Below the pieces are notes generated by a model. That model made no database searches and was not told where the DNA came from. It saw nothing but the letters and a program-made list of their open reading frames with translations. Shown piece by piece: positions 13,001 through 24,512 of a stretch of 64,000 bases of DNA; position 1 is the stretch's first letter; the number at the start of each line of letters is the position of its first letter. The translations under genes and the position numbers were made by a program. The DNA is from Antedon mediterranea (Eukaryota; Animalia; Echinodermata): NCBI RefSeq assembly GCF_964355755.1, contig NC_092670.1, positions 10,278,795-10,342,794 of the forward strand, in the 5' to 3' direction.

Positions 13001-13432
13001 TTCCTATTCATTCTTAAATCAATATTTGAGTGTCTACTGTATTTTGTTTTCATTAATTCTAAAAGCCAGCAAAACTTCTTTTATCTTGTTTAAAAATCTC
13101 AATTATTTCTGTCTTTACCTTTGAAATGTACTTACTTTAATTGTGTTAATTTGATTTTGATAATTTTAAGTTTAATTTTGTATTTTCTTTTGTCCATTTA
13201 TATACTGTATTTTGTTTATATTTATGTAGTTAAGAACTGAACCACTTTGGAAATCAGTACATTGTATTGAAAGTTTATTCAGAATAAAGAAAGATTAAAT
13301 AAATTAATTAAAATACAAAATTGAAGAGTCAAGGAATATAGTGTGCACTGTAACATGAACCTTTGAAGCATGCAGTCACAAATGAAAAAGAAAACAGAAT
13401 CTTGTTAATATATTTAAATATACATACTGTTT

Positions 13433-13768
13433 ACTGAGTACGGCCATACTGCATTGAGACACCGGTTCGAAGTTAAGCAACGTTGGGCCCGGTTGCGTTC
13501 TGGATTGGAGACCATCTAGAAATTGCTGCGGGTGCTGTATATACTGGAGAGTGATGGTGTAAAGGTAATATCGGACTAGCATGTGATAGGCATATGTTTG
13601 AGGTTATCTGTACCATACTAATTGCATCCTTAGGCAAGATGCTTTACTCTCATTGCCTCATCCTTCGGTAGGCGCTGCACTGCTGGCAGCCGTGGGTCCG
13701 TGGAGGGCCTAATCCAAATTTCCTCAGTTTCCAGTTAAGCTTGAGGACAAACCTTTACCTTTACCTTT
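13433..13768 (+). mobile_element. Composite SINE: 5S rRNA-derived head + tRNA-like segment + central core + (CCTTTA)n tail
   Basis: TACGGCCATAC...GAAGTTAAGCA...TGGATTGGAGACC...GGGTGCTGTA matches 5S rRNA with an internal deletion; then TGGTGTAAAGG A-box-like; TCCTTAGGCAAGATGCTTTAC core; possible TSD TACTGTTT (13425-13432 / 13769-13776). Confidence 0.8.
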
Positions 13769-14864
13769 TACTGTTTCTTCATTCTTGTTTTGTTTGTGTA
13801 TTTAATATTTAAAATTATAGACGTTTTTTGTGTTACTGTTTAATATTTTTTAATGTCACCTAGTCGCTTATTTTCTATCATATTTTTGTACATTTATGCA
13901 TTTCATTGTCGTCTGGGGAATTGTCTTCTTTTGTAAAGCTTCAAAAGCATCTTAGTAACAGTTCCGACTGGAGAACAACGACTTAGTTAAATATTCTTGC
14001 AGTCTTCTGTTGTTCAATTTTTGTAATATTTTGATTTGTGGTGAAAAGAATGTTTACGGTAATCTTAACAATGTCTGTTTTCTGGTGGTGTAATTAGAAA
14101 GAAGTAAATAATGATTGAAAATAAATTACATAAAATAAATAATTAAATATCCAAATAAATAACATTAAATGTTAACATCAAAAGGGTGGCTCAAGTTTAT
14201 GCTTTGCAGGAGCGACGGGCATAAGGTAGAAACATGAGCAAACTGTACTTACCACCCGTTAGATAATCATTTTTGAAATGGTGCATGTGAGGGCATGCTG
14301 CTGACCACCTGCTGTCTTGACCTCTAAGTGACCTGATTGTGACGTAGGAAAATTGTTTGAGAATCAGTAAACGCAGCATTCGGTATTTGCAAAGAAATTG
14401 GTCTAAAAACACATTTTTTTAAGAAATAAAAGGTGCCCCAGCTCGAACAGCGCTATTATCGGACTTGCAGTTGAGGAGGAGATACCGGAACAAACTTTGG
14501 CTTAGTGCTATTATAATATGATGATCAACTAACAAAACATCTTAAACAGCCCTTTTGCTCGAGATTACATATCCAACATTTCCAGAACTTGGAACCATCC
14601 CTCACCCTCAATATCACTTCAAATTCAAAACCCACTCTAAAAATCATTTCAGTGCCCCTGTATTGAACTACTGTAATAGTATATTTTTGAATATCTTTTT
14701 AAAAAAAGTGACCAATACTGAAATCTGATGTAATAATAAAACAATTAAAGCGTTAAATTTGACTGTTATAAGACAAAGTTTAATGTACCCTACCTAGTGA
14801 GTTTAGTGGTAAAATTATGAAATAAAGAAGTTAAATTTAATTTTGTTCTTCATTGTTCTTTTAG

Positions 14865-14935
14865 GCTTGAAGCTGTTCATTGTGGGTGTCTTCCATTGTG
14901 TCCTAACCAGCTGGTTTATCCTGAGATATTTCCAA
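14865..14935 (+). CDS. GTDC1: GTDC1/QTMAN-like coding exon 6 (upstream copy A)
   Basis: ttttag|G CTT GAA GCT... = (M)[23 protein letters not shown], ending A|gtaagt; phase matches exon 5 at 45714. Confidence 0.88.
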
Positions 14936-15680
14936 GTAAGTTCAAATCTTATGAGTTCAGAGTTCTCAACTTGCTATAATTGATTTCATTAGTTTGGATA
15001 AAAAAAATTCTGTAGTAATTACACAATTTCAATAGTTGTGTACATGTTTCAGAGCATGTACAAAATGAGATTCAGAAAGGCTATCACACTGTGATTGTGT
15101 TTTGACAAATTGTAATTCAGAAATGGAAATGGAAATCCAGAACAAGGGCTTTTCGTGGATTGTGGTTCGATGATTTGTCCATCATAATTTTGTGTTTTAT
15201 TAGGGGTTTCTCATAATTTTAAGCCAAATCATAAATTTGCCTAATATGTATTTCCATAGTATTTATCTCCATTTCCATATATTATATGGCAGCACTGAAA
15301 TAAGTAATTCAATATTCCAATAATAAAGATGTATTGTCACTTTGACTAATTCAAACAAAATTTTGAAGTATCATAATAGTTATTAACTTTCACCAAAAAT
15401 GTGTCCAAAAAAATTAATTTAACTGAAATAAAGACTTTTTTTTTTAAAAAAATAACTTTGACTTCCAGTCAAAGTTTGGCTACTCTGTATGCATAATCAT
15501 AAAACTTCCTCGCGATCTGTGTGAAAACACCTTCTCAACCGTGACGAGTTGTAAACAATCCTAATTAGCAGCATACTCGTGGTTTAAAATCTTTGTTTAC
15601 TTTCTCGCGACGATCTTTCAGATGAAATCAAATTAATTAACCTGTTAATTACGTAAACTTGTTGTTTTTGGCTCGAATTT

Positions 15681-16841
15681 TTGACATCTACTTCTAGTAA
15701 GATAACCTGTGGCGTCCCGCAAGGGACTAAGCTTGGTCCCATGTTATTCTTGGTGCTCATTAATGATGCATGTGTCGGAAGCTGCAGAAGGTGGAAATAC
15801 GTAGACGACCTCACCCTGTTAGTTAGTAAAGGAGCAAGGCCTGCAATGCAAGAGATGCTTAATGATGTTAATGATTGGTGTAGAAAGAATAATATGATCC
15901 CAAAGCCCTCTAAGTGCCATACTGTTAACTTTTTGAAAGACATCAGCGTTGACGCTGCGTCTCCCATTTTTAATCTAAATGGCTCCAACCTTGATGTAGT
16001 AGAACATATGAGATTGCTTGGCGTCATAATTCAAAGTAATTTGAAGTGGGACCTCAACACCCAAGATATTGTCTCACGGGCATCAAGAAGACTCTTTGCT
16101 CTATGTATTTTTAAAAAAGTCAGTGTTGTTCTTGATGACCTAATCGCTGTGTACACTTCCTACATTAGGCCCATCTTGGAATACGCTTGCCAGGTATGGC
16201 ATGGTGCTATTACCAAGAAAATGGCCAACAGCATTGAGACCATCCAGAAAAGAGCATGTCGAATAATGTTAGGTGCTACCTACATTTCCTATGACAATGC
16301 CCTAGAGGTTACAGGGTTACCTTCTCTCGAGGCAAGGAGAGACACTCTTGGGTTGTCCTTTGGCAGGGGGTTACTCAAGTACAACTGTTTTCGAGACATG
16401 CTACCTCCTTGCCACGGGCAGAAGAGAAGAGAACCCTTAGGTCTAATACAACTAGTACCGGAAGTCTCCTTCCCCCCAGGTGTAAAACTGAAACCAAAGG
16501 TCTGCAATACCTACGATTGTTAAGTTTATTAATGCTAACTGATATGGGTTGATTTCCATGATTATTTCTTACTTTCTCGATGCCGTTTCGACTTTTTATA
16601 TAATAATTTTAATAATGTATACTAATAATAATCTTAAATAATAATAATAATAATGACGTACTTAATTTTATGAACGAATAATATTGTATTTTGTGTTTTA
16701 TAATATATAGTTATTTTTCTATACTTTTTATAATTGTGCCTCTTTTACTTTTAATTATATGTATATTGATTGTAAACAAACGTTATCAGCCAATGGCTGG
16801 TGTTTTTGTATGTGTTTTTAAACCTAAATAAATAAATAAAT
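15681..16841 (+). mobile_element. 5'-truncated non-LTR retrotransposon (CR1/L2 group), RT C-terminal part
   Basis: GVPQGTKLGP, YVDD, LLGV, IRPILEYAC.VW, IQKRACR motifs; (AAAT)n tail near 16826-16841. Confidence 0.88.
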
Positions 16842-17279
16842 TATGACAGGTAGCGTTAGGTTCGACGACAGTGATATTCCGTCGGCTTCACATACAATGT
16901 AAATAGATAGATAAATGAGGAAAGTAAGTAGATTAAATTTTCATGAGTCTTTATGACTCTTTTATTCATAAACTTGCCAACTACAGTATTGATTAATAAC
17001 AAAGATACAAGAACAACGGGATGGTAAAGTAAATTTACGTCTCACTCACTCAAAATCAAAACGAAGAGTGGTAGAGGTCCCTGGATAAGTTGTTTACCAC
17101 AATTAAGCATGTAGTTAAATTATATGCAAAGTAAAATAGCCAATCAGAACTTTTAGTCTTATTTGGCTTGCTACATTATAACAATAGGTAGAAAATAAAT
17201 GATACGGGCTATACCAATTTTTGTTACATTATAAAGGATTATTTTCCCATACCGAATTACCTCTTACAATTTCTTTTAG

Positions 17280-17455
17280 AAGACTGTTTATACAATACAG
17301 AACAACAGTTATTTAAACATCTACGACGATTCTGCAGAACACCAAATATTGTACGTAACTATGACAGAAGTAAACTGAATGAAATCACTGCAAAATGTAG
17401 CTGGACATCTCTCAAGCAACAATATCTAACACTGCTTTCAAGTCAAGAATCATAA
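17280..17455 (+). CDS. GTDC1: GTDC1/QTMAN-like terminal coding exon (copy A)
   Basis: ttttag|AA GAC TGT...: (K)DCLYNTEQQLFKHLRRFCRTP...SWTSLKQQYLTLLSSQES*, resembling the vertebrate GTDC1 C-terminus (YLYSTPEQLSKRLQNFCKRP..FSW); phase matches exon 6. Confidence 0.82.
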
Positions 17456-18872
17456 TGGTGTATCACAATTTTCAAGATACATAATTGGCTTGAATGGTAA
17501 ATCATGATAATATTTATAATAACAATTTAGTTGAAATGCGCTGATACTGCGATATGAATGTAAAACATACGTTATGATCATATTATTGTATGATGCTTTG
17601 AAACCTAAGTTTTACCTAAATGTAAATTTGATTAAATTGAGCTATTCAACATTTTGATTACTTGAATTCTGCTATATATATAGCCAATAACTGCTCTACT
17701 AGGCAGAAAACCATGTTAAATGGCTTTAAAATAGCTCACATTTAAATTTCTAAGTGCTCCAGCATGTCAGTGAATAACTTTTATATTAAGTGTGAGAGAC
17801 GATTATTTACATGTGGAAAAATATCCAGTTGTCAAAGTGTTTGCAAATGGCTGGTTGGAGATATAAATTTGTTTTACAAGGGTAACTCTGTACTAGAGCT
17901 ACAGTGCAGATGACTTATAATAGAGGCATTCTTAAAAACAATACAAAACTAAACAAAATGCCTACTACATTCAAACAAATTAAAAGCAGATTCATAAAAG
18001 TTAAAATTCACACAAAAACAATTTAGAACAATTAAAACTCATCGAAATATAAAACTTTAAAATATAAAAAAATATGAAATTCTTCATAAAAATAAAATTT
18101 TGCATAAATTTTTGTAAATTTTCAAACAATTAAAATGATGTTTCTGGTGTTCTCTTCATCACTGCCCTCTTGTAACTGTACTTTCTCTTGTTGCCTTATG
18201 CTGTTATTGGAGCATCTAGGTGCTAGGTCAAACCCATTTAGTTTGAAAATGTATAGCAAAGTTTTGTTTTTTTACACTAATACATTCAAAACTTTAGATT
18301 AATATCTTAAATTTCGTAGTAGTTTATTTGCTCTTTAATGTTTATATACTTTCACTTTACCTTGGAAAATACATAAACATAAGATTGAATTTAAAACTTC
18401 AGAAAATATCCATTGAAAATACTCCTAAAATTAGATTAAAAAATACTAATTATTATTAATGAAAATATAGGAAATACTGATTTATAATTATATATCAATT
18501 TGATTTTATTAATTAAAAACAATAATAATAATTAATGTTACTATTATGCATGTATTATTTTAGTATAGTTTTAAATGATTAAATTAAATTTTTTTACAGA
18601 ATGACTTAAATATATTATTATTTGGTATAATATTTAAAAATGATTAATAACAAAACATTCATTGTTACTATTATATAATTTAAAATACAGAATAAAAAAT
18701 TCCATAGAATAAATTTTAAACAAATCACAGTTGATATAACAATATATTTAATTGTTAATGTTATAACATTTGGATTATTATAATAAAATAATTATTTAAT
18801 GATAAAGCAAAATGATATTTAAAAGAAACAAAGAGGAATCTAAATTATTAAATAATTACAGATTCTGATTTG

Positions 18873-20438
18873 TTATGGTGCTCTTTTAACCATCATCACT
18901 GTTGTCTTAAAAGATGAAAATAGCGATTCCAGTTGATGCCATTGTAATCAGCTGTACCTGGTGTCAGACAAGCCCATTCAGGTATGAATCATGAACATTC
19001 TCTTATGGGGCTCTTTTAACCATCATAACTGTCTTCTTGAGACTTTTGTTATTATTATGGAAATGATACCAGCTGATGCCTGTCAAACCCTCTGTACCTG
19101 GTGTAAGGTAAAGCCCATTCAGGTTTGAATGATGACAGCTATTGTACCACCAAGCACCTTTGGTATACTCAGCACAGTTAGTACCGATCCCGCTACCGCT
19201 TCTCTTATCATTGTCTCTATCATACGTTGAAAATTGTTAACCATTGTGGCGTGATGTCAAAGAATCACCTAAACAAACAAAATTTTAAATCATCTTTAGT
19301 TTACTTCATACATCTTTAAATTAAAATTCATTTTTAAATATGTTTTTCTTTCTATTACAAATAAAATAAAAGATATTTGATATAAAAGGGAAAATAAAAC
19401 ACAAATTTATAAATAGTATTAATTTGTTTTTAATTTTTTGTTATTAACTATTCTTATATATCACATATTCTTTATTTTATTTTTGTTTTGTCAGAGTTAT
19501 TATACTTTAAAAGCAATGCATTTTAATAATGAAGAAAGCCAAAGTTATATGATAAGTAAAAAGTGCGATTAATAAAGTACTACTCCTCCCTTATTCGTTG
19601 TAGTATTGAGCTGGGATTTGGCATGAATATACAAAGCCATAGAGCCGGATTTTGAATATCATTGGCTCCTTGTTTAGGGACCACTGACTATAACTTATTG
19701 AATTAGAACAGGTAATGAATGCGTTTAACGTTGCAACATTTAGTAAGGAATTTAGTTATTTTTATCCATATGTTTTTTTTAAATAACAAAAAATATAATA
19801 TAATGTACCACACAGTGATATATTTTTGGGCTTTACGTTATATTTGAGACGCGACATCAATTGATAATCAAAAAGTATCGAATGATTATTATTTGTTGTT
19901 TAAACTTTTAAATGTTGTGGTCTAATTATGACATAACTAGTGAAATTATGGGGCTATTTCACAAAGGCTTAGAATTATTTTTTGATGAGGTTCACGTCAA
20001 TATCATTATTAGAATTGTTTTGTTCTACTTTTCAGATGTTTGGAAGCTTTTCTTTTAATGTTTGTCTAATTTCTTTAAGCTAAATTTGATGGAAAGACAT
20101 CCTCAAATTATGCTAGAACGCTGCTGTCTGTGTCTTGTGACTTTAGCCCTGACTTTAGACCCTGACGCCACCGCTGCTTAGGTACAGTACATGTCTCAAG
20201 TTCTTTCCCAGCAGTCAATTTCCTTATCATTTAGCTGTGTTTAATCAGTCATAATTCTAACATTATTTTTATTATCCTTTAAATGTGATAAATGCAAATG
20301 AAACCCTATATGTGTCCATAGATTATTTTCACTGCAAAGTACTAAGTGTGTATAAGGCCTTAAAAAAGGTTAATTCTTTGTATACTTAATGTGTTTTTAA
20401 ATGTAAATATAGATTGAATATACTAACCTGCGGTTCCA
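18873..20438 (-). pseudogene. FReD pseudogene fragment: terminal exon with premature stop, a tandem partial exon copy, and a remnant of the preceding exon donor
   Basis: Exon 19268-19003 reads GDSLTSRHNG*QFSTYDRDND...GAWWYNSCHHSNLNG...VMMVKRAP* (TAA at 19237-19239); second degenerate 3' half at 18873-18998; GGAACCGCAG|gttagta remnant near 20421-20438. Confidence 0.88.
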
Positions 20439-22059
20439 TTGGCAGGCTGAAGGCGCTTGACCTTTGACAAGATCGGCTAAATTTTTAATATATTAACTTT
20501 ACAATACTTAGTGTTGTATATTCTGGTACAGCCGCTCTATAATCTCTTTGCTTTTCTTCCTTATATCTATATTTTTAAATTTATACTAACAAATATCTTT
20601 TTATTAATATAATAATAATAATAATATATCAAAAATTTATTAAATAATATTTATCGCATAATATGCAATCTACGATAATTTAATTAATTGATATAACAAA
20701 TTTATTAAATACATAACATCATTTGAATAAAAAGAACAAATCACATATCTACACATAATCATAACATCGTATACTCTATCTCTAACAATTTATTAAATCT
20801 TCTATCGACTAAAGCCGAAGTATAGTCGTTATCTCGGGACCGTTCTATGGCCACCACCAGGTAGGCTTACTTCATTAAGGCTTCTATGAATGGATGTACT
20901 GGTTGGGAGCAGGAACGCTAGTAGACCAAACCCAGTACCGTTTTGATTACGATCATTCGGGAAATTACCTCACGAGGGTTTTCTACCTCGAGCAGTTATT
21001 GGCTATATGGCAGTATTCAAGTAATTAAAGTGTTAAATAGCATTTAATCCAATTTACATTTAGGTAAACTTAGGGTTCAAAGTATCATACAATAAGAAGA
21101 TCATTACGAATGTTACGAGGTATTTTAAAAATTTATATTATATAAAATAAAAAAAAATTTAATTTCAAATATTATCATTATTATTACTTACTGGTTTTAG
21201 TAGAGTTCTTTCAAGTTCTGTCTGAATGTTTGTCTTTTCTTTAATTTAAATGTACAATTACTGTATACAATGAAGTATAATGATCCCTACATTGTTATTT
21301 AGGATGTGGATAAAGATAATTATGTTATTATCTAAGTGCTATTAATTTTATGATGCCGTTCGATTGTGTTGATTATTATATTACTAAAAATATTACTCTA
21401 ATTGAGCTCGGGTGAGGTCTCTATTCCTATCATTACATCTGCAGCTTTATCAGTATTATGAAAACCATTTTTGCCGGCATCCAGTTCTTTTACTAAATGT
21501 AGTACTTGGGCCGGCATTATTTCTTGCTCTCATTAATGCCGGCCCGATTGAAGATTCAAATAATATGTCGACCCACTCTTGGTGAAGTTGTTCCCAGAAA
21601 CTCTTTACCTATTACGTAGTCCCTTCTGGAAAATTTGAATGAATGGTGTTTGCTTATTTAAAAATGGCAAAAGATATACCAAATCCTTTAAAAATTATAG
21701 ACAAATTTCCTTCCTCTACTAAATTATGCATTCCCAACTTTATGATTATTTGACAGCTAAGTTAAATATTCTGAATTAATATCATCAATATGATTTGCAA
21801 AGGTCACTCAACTGCTCATGCTGTCTTCTTAATAATAATACTTCTATTGAACATAGAGCAATATTAGCGTGAAAGCTCATCTATATTGGTGTATATATCA
21901 AATAATTATTTGATAGAGAAATTTGTTTGATGTAATTAACCATTCTATTTTAAATAAGAAAATGCGAAAATTATGTTATTAAAGGCACTCCTTTAAGCAT
22001 TTGCTTCTTGAGTTAGTTGGATGGCAGAAACAATTTGTCTCTATCCAATCATTTAAATC

Positions 22060-22260
22060 ATCGACCGAGGATATCACTTGTGGGTGTCTCCTCCCCCCAA
22101 TTTTATTTTTACGTTAATGACCTGACTAATGTCAGTGAGAAGTTTAAGTGATACACTTCGCCGACGATACTACTATTTTATTTATCTTCTAATGTTGACA
22201 TTTTATTTAATACTTTTAATTATGAATTGTCTAAATTTAATGACTGGTTTCTTTAAATTC
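22060..22260 (+). mobile_element. Highly decayed LINE RT fragment
   Basis: Remnant ...YVNDLTNVSEKF / FADDTT motifs with stops and frameshifts. Confidence 0.5.
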
Positions 22261-22592
22261 TAAATTCTTTTAAAGCTCAGGTACAGGCATGAATTTGAAA
22301 TATAATATCGGGTTAATTGTACATAAATCAAATATTTGTAACAGAAATCTAAATGAAAAAAAACAAAGACATGACAATTCGGTGCTTACTGATTTTGTAT
22401 TGTGTTTCTTTTCGGTGTAAAATCGTGTTTTTCTTTGCTTATTCAAATTTTGATGATTTTGCTAATAATACAATTATAGTTTTGCATAATATAAATCTAA
22501 AGTATAAACAATGAAAACATTTCTTCTGGTTTCGATTCGTATAATAATAATATAAGTAGTTCTTTGATAGTAAACCAATAAAACTTACGTTG

Positions 22593-22636
22593 GCAAGACA
22601 GTTTCGTCTAGCTGTCAGCTTGACTTCTTCAGTTGC
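22593..22636 (-). ncRNA. Second copy of the hammerhead motif in the inverted pLTR
   Basis: Exact reverse complement of 24469-24512. Confidence 0.8.
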
Positions 22637-23013
22637 TATGATGCGTTATGGCGCCGATTGGTCTCCTTTCCAGCCACTAGATGATTTTGTTGTGTAGCCT
22701 AGGGGACCAGTCGTCGTCAGAAGCTGATCGTAAATGTGAGATAGTTGGTGCGCGCCTTCGTCTCTATTCATCTTTGTATTTTTATTTTGCTTTCTTATGC
22801 TGATGCTTTCTTTAATTTTACGTTTAAGCCAAACTTGTTCTTTGTGTAGTATCTCTATCTTATCCCAGTTAGGTATGTGGTTGTGTGTGGTCATATGGTC
22901 CGTGATTGCTGATTTATGTAAAATGGAGGACGAAACTTTCCGTGATGCACGCGTCTGCATGTTCTGTGTGTTTTCCTCAACATCTTTCTTGTGCTCTTTA
23001 ATTCTGGTTTTGA

Positions 23014-24459
23014 GTGCCCTACCCGTTTCCCCAATGTACACCATCTCATGTTACCAATTCGCTTGAATTTGTCAATGACATAAAGGACATTAAGTTACAG
23101 CCAAATGAAACATTGGTCTCTTATGATGTAGTGTCATTATTTACCAAAACACCAGTCAACAAGTCCCTCAAAATAATTGAAGAACGCTTACACTGTGATA
23201 AACAACTATCAGAGAGAACGTGGTTACATATCAACGACATTATGGAATTGCTTCAATTGGTCCTCACCACCACATATTTCAGCTTCAGAGGGGATATCTA
23301 CCAGCAAAATTCAGGTATGGCCATGGGTAGTCCATGTTCTCCGATTGTTGCGAATTTATTTATGGAATGGCTGGAAAATGAGGCAATAACTACAGCTCAC
23401 ACCGACATAAAACCGAGGATGTGGAAAAGGTATGTAGATGACATTATAACAATAATTCCCAAGGATGCGACACAACCATTATTACAACACTTAAACAAAA
23501 TCGATGATGACATTAATTTCACTTGCGAAGAAATGTCCTTAACAGACAACTCTATCCCATTCTTGGATACGCTAATTTTAGTTGATGGGGAAGGCAACAT
23601 CAACACTAAAGTTTTTAGGAAAGCCACCCACACAAATCAATACTTGGACTTTAACTCACATCATCCTCTACAACACAAGTTATCCGTTATCCGCACACTT
23701 CTACACAGATGTAACACGATAATCACAAATAATCCAGACAAACAGAACGAAACTGAGATGATACATACTTCACTTAAACAATGCAACTACCCTACATGGA
23801 CGATTAGAAAGGTACAACGTAACCTAGATAAACAAAAAACGGACAAACAACCCGAAACAGAAGATATAAGAGGGTCGATATCCATCCCATATATTCAAGG
23901 CCTGTCAGAGAAAATCAAGAGAACATTTAAAAAATATAACATACGAACATACTTTAAACCATCTAACAAAATTAAAAACTTAATCGTCCGACCGAAAGAT
24001 AAAGCATGCAAAGAGGATTCCTGTGGTGTCGTCTACAAAGTGGGGTGCACCAACTGTGAGATGGTGTACATTGGGGAAACGGGTAGGGCACTCAAAACCA
24101 GAATTAAAGAGCACAAGAAAGATGTTGAGGAAAACACACAGAACATGCAGACGCGTGCATCACGGAAAGTTTCGTCCTCCATTTTACATAAATCAGCAAT
24201 CACGGACCATATGACCACACACAACCACATACCTAACTGGGATAAGATAGAGATACTACACAAAGAACAAGTTTGGCTTAAACGTAAAATTAAAGAAAGC
24301 ATCAGCATAAGAAAGCAAAATAAAAATACAAAGATGAATAGAGACGAAGGCGCGCACCAACTATCTCACATTTACGATCAGCTTCTGACGACGACTGGTC
24401 CCCTAGGCTACACAACAAAATCATCTAGTGGCTGGAAAGGAGACCAATCGGCGCCATAA
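23014..24459 (+). CDS. Penelope RT + GIY-YIG ORF (the first ~11 codons come from the inverted arm)
   Basis: Uninterrupted 481-aa ORF with the motifs above. Confidence 0.9.
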   Translation: MPYPFPQCTPSHVTNSLEFVNDIKDIKLQPNETLVSYDVVSLFTKTPVNKSLKIIEERLHCDKQLSERTWLHINDIMELLQLVLTTTYFSFRGDIYQQNSGMAMGSPCSPIVANLFMEWLENEAITTAHTDIKPRMWKRYVDDIITIIPKDATQPLLQHLNKIDDDINFTCEEMSLTDNSIPFLDTLILVDGEGNINTKVFRKATHTNQYLDFNSHHPLQHKLSVIRTLLHRCNTIITNNPDKQNETEMIHTSLKQCNYPTWTIRKVQRNLDKQKTDKQPETEDIRGSISIPYIQGLSEKIKRTFKKYNIRTYFKPSNKIKNLIVRPKDKACKEDSCGVVYKVGCTNCEMVYIGETGRALKTRIKEHKKDVEENTQNMQTRASRKVSSSILHKSAITDHMTTHNHIPNWDKIEILHKEQVWLKRKIKESISIRKQNKNTKMNRDEGAHQLSHIYDQLLTTTGPLGYTTKSSSGWKGDQSAP

Positions 24460-24468
24460 CGCATCATA

Positions 24469-24512
24469 GCAACTGAAGAAGTCAAGCTGACAGCTAGACG
24501 AAACTGTCTTGC
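24469..24512 (+). ncRNA. Minimal type-I hammerhead ribozyme in the Penelope pLTR
   Basis: GCAA-CTGAAGA-A-GTCaAGCTGaCAGCTaGAC-GAAA-CT-GTC-TTGC: stem I GCAA/TTGC, CUGANGA and GAAA boxes, hairpin stem II, GUC cleavage triplet. Confidence 0.85.

Noticed and set aside
13438-13540. Functional 5S rRNA gene
   Set aside because: Internal deletion, many substitutions, no oligo-T terminator; runs into a SINE body.
22646-23044. Standalone 132-aa GIY-YIG gene
   Set aside because: It is the inverted duplicate of the Penelope ORF 3' end and lacks the first GIY motif.
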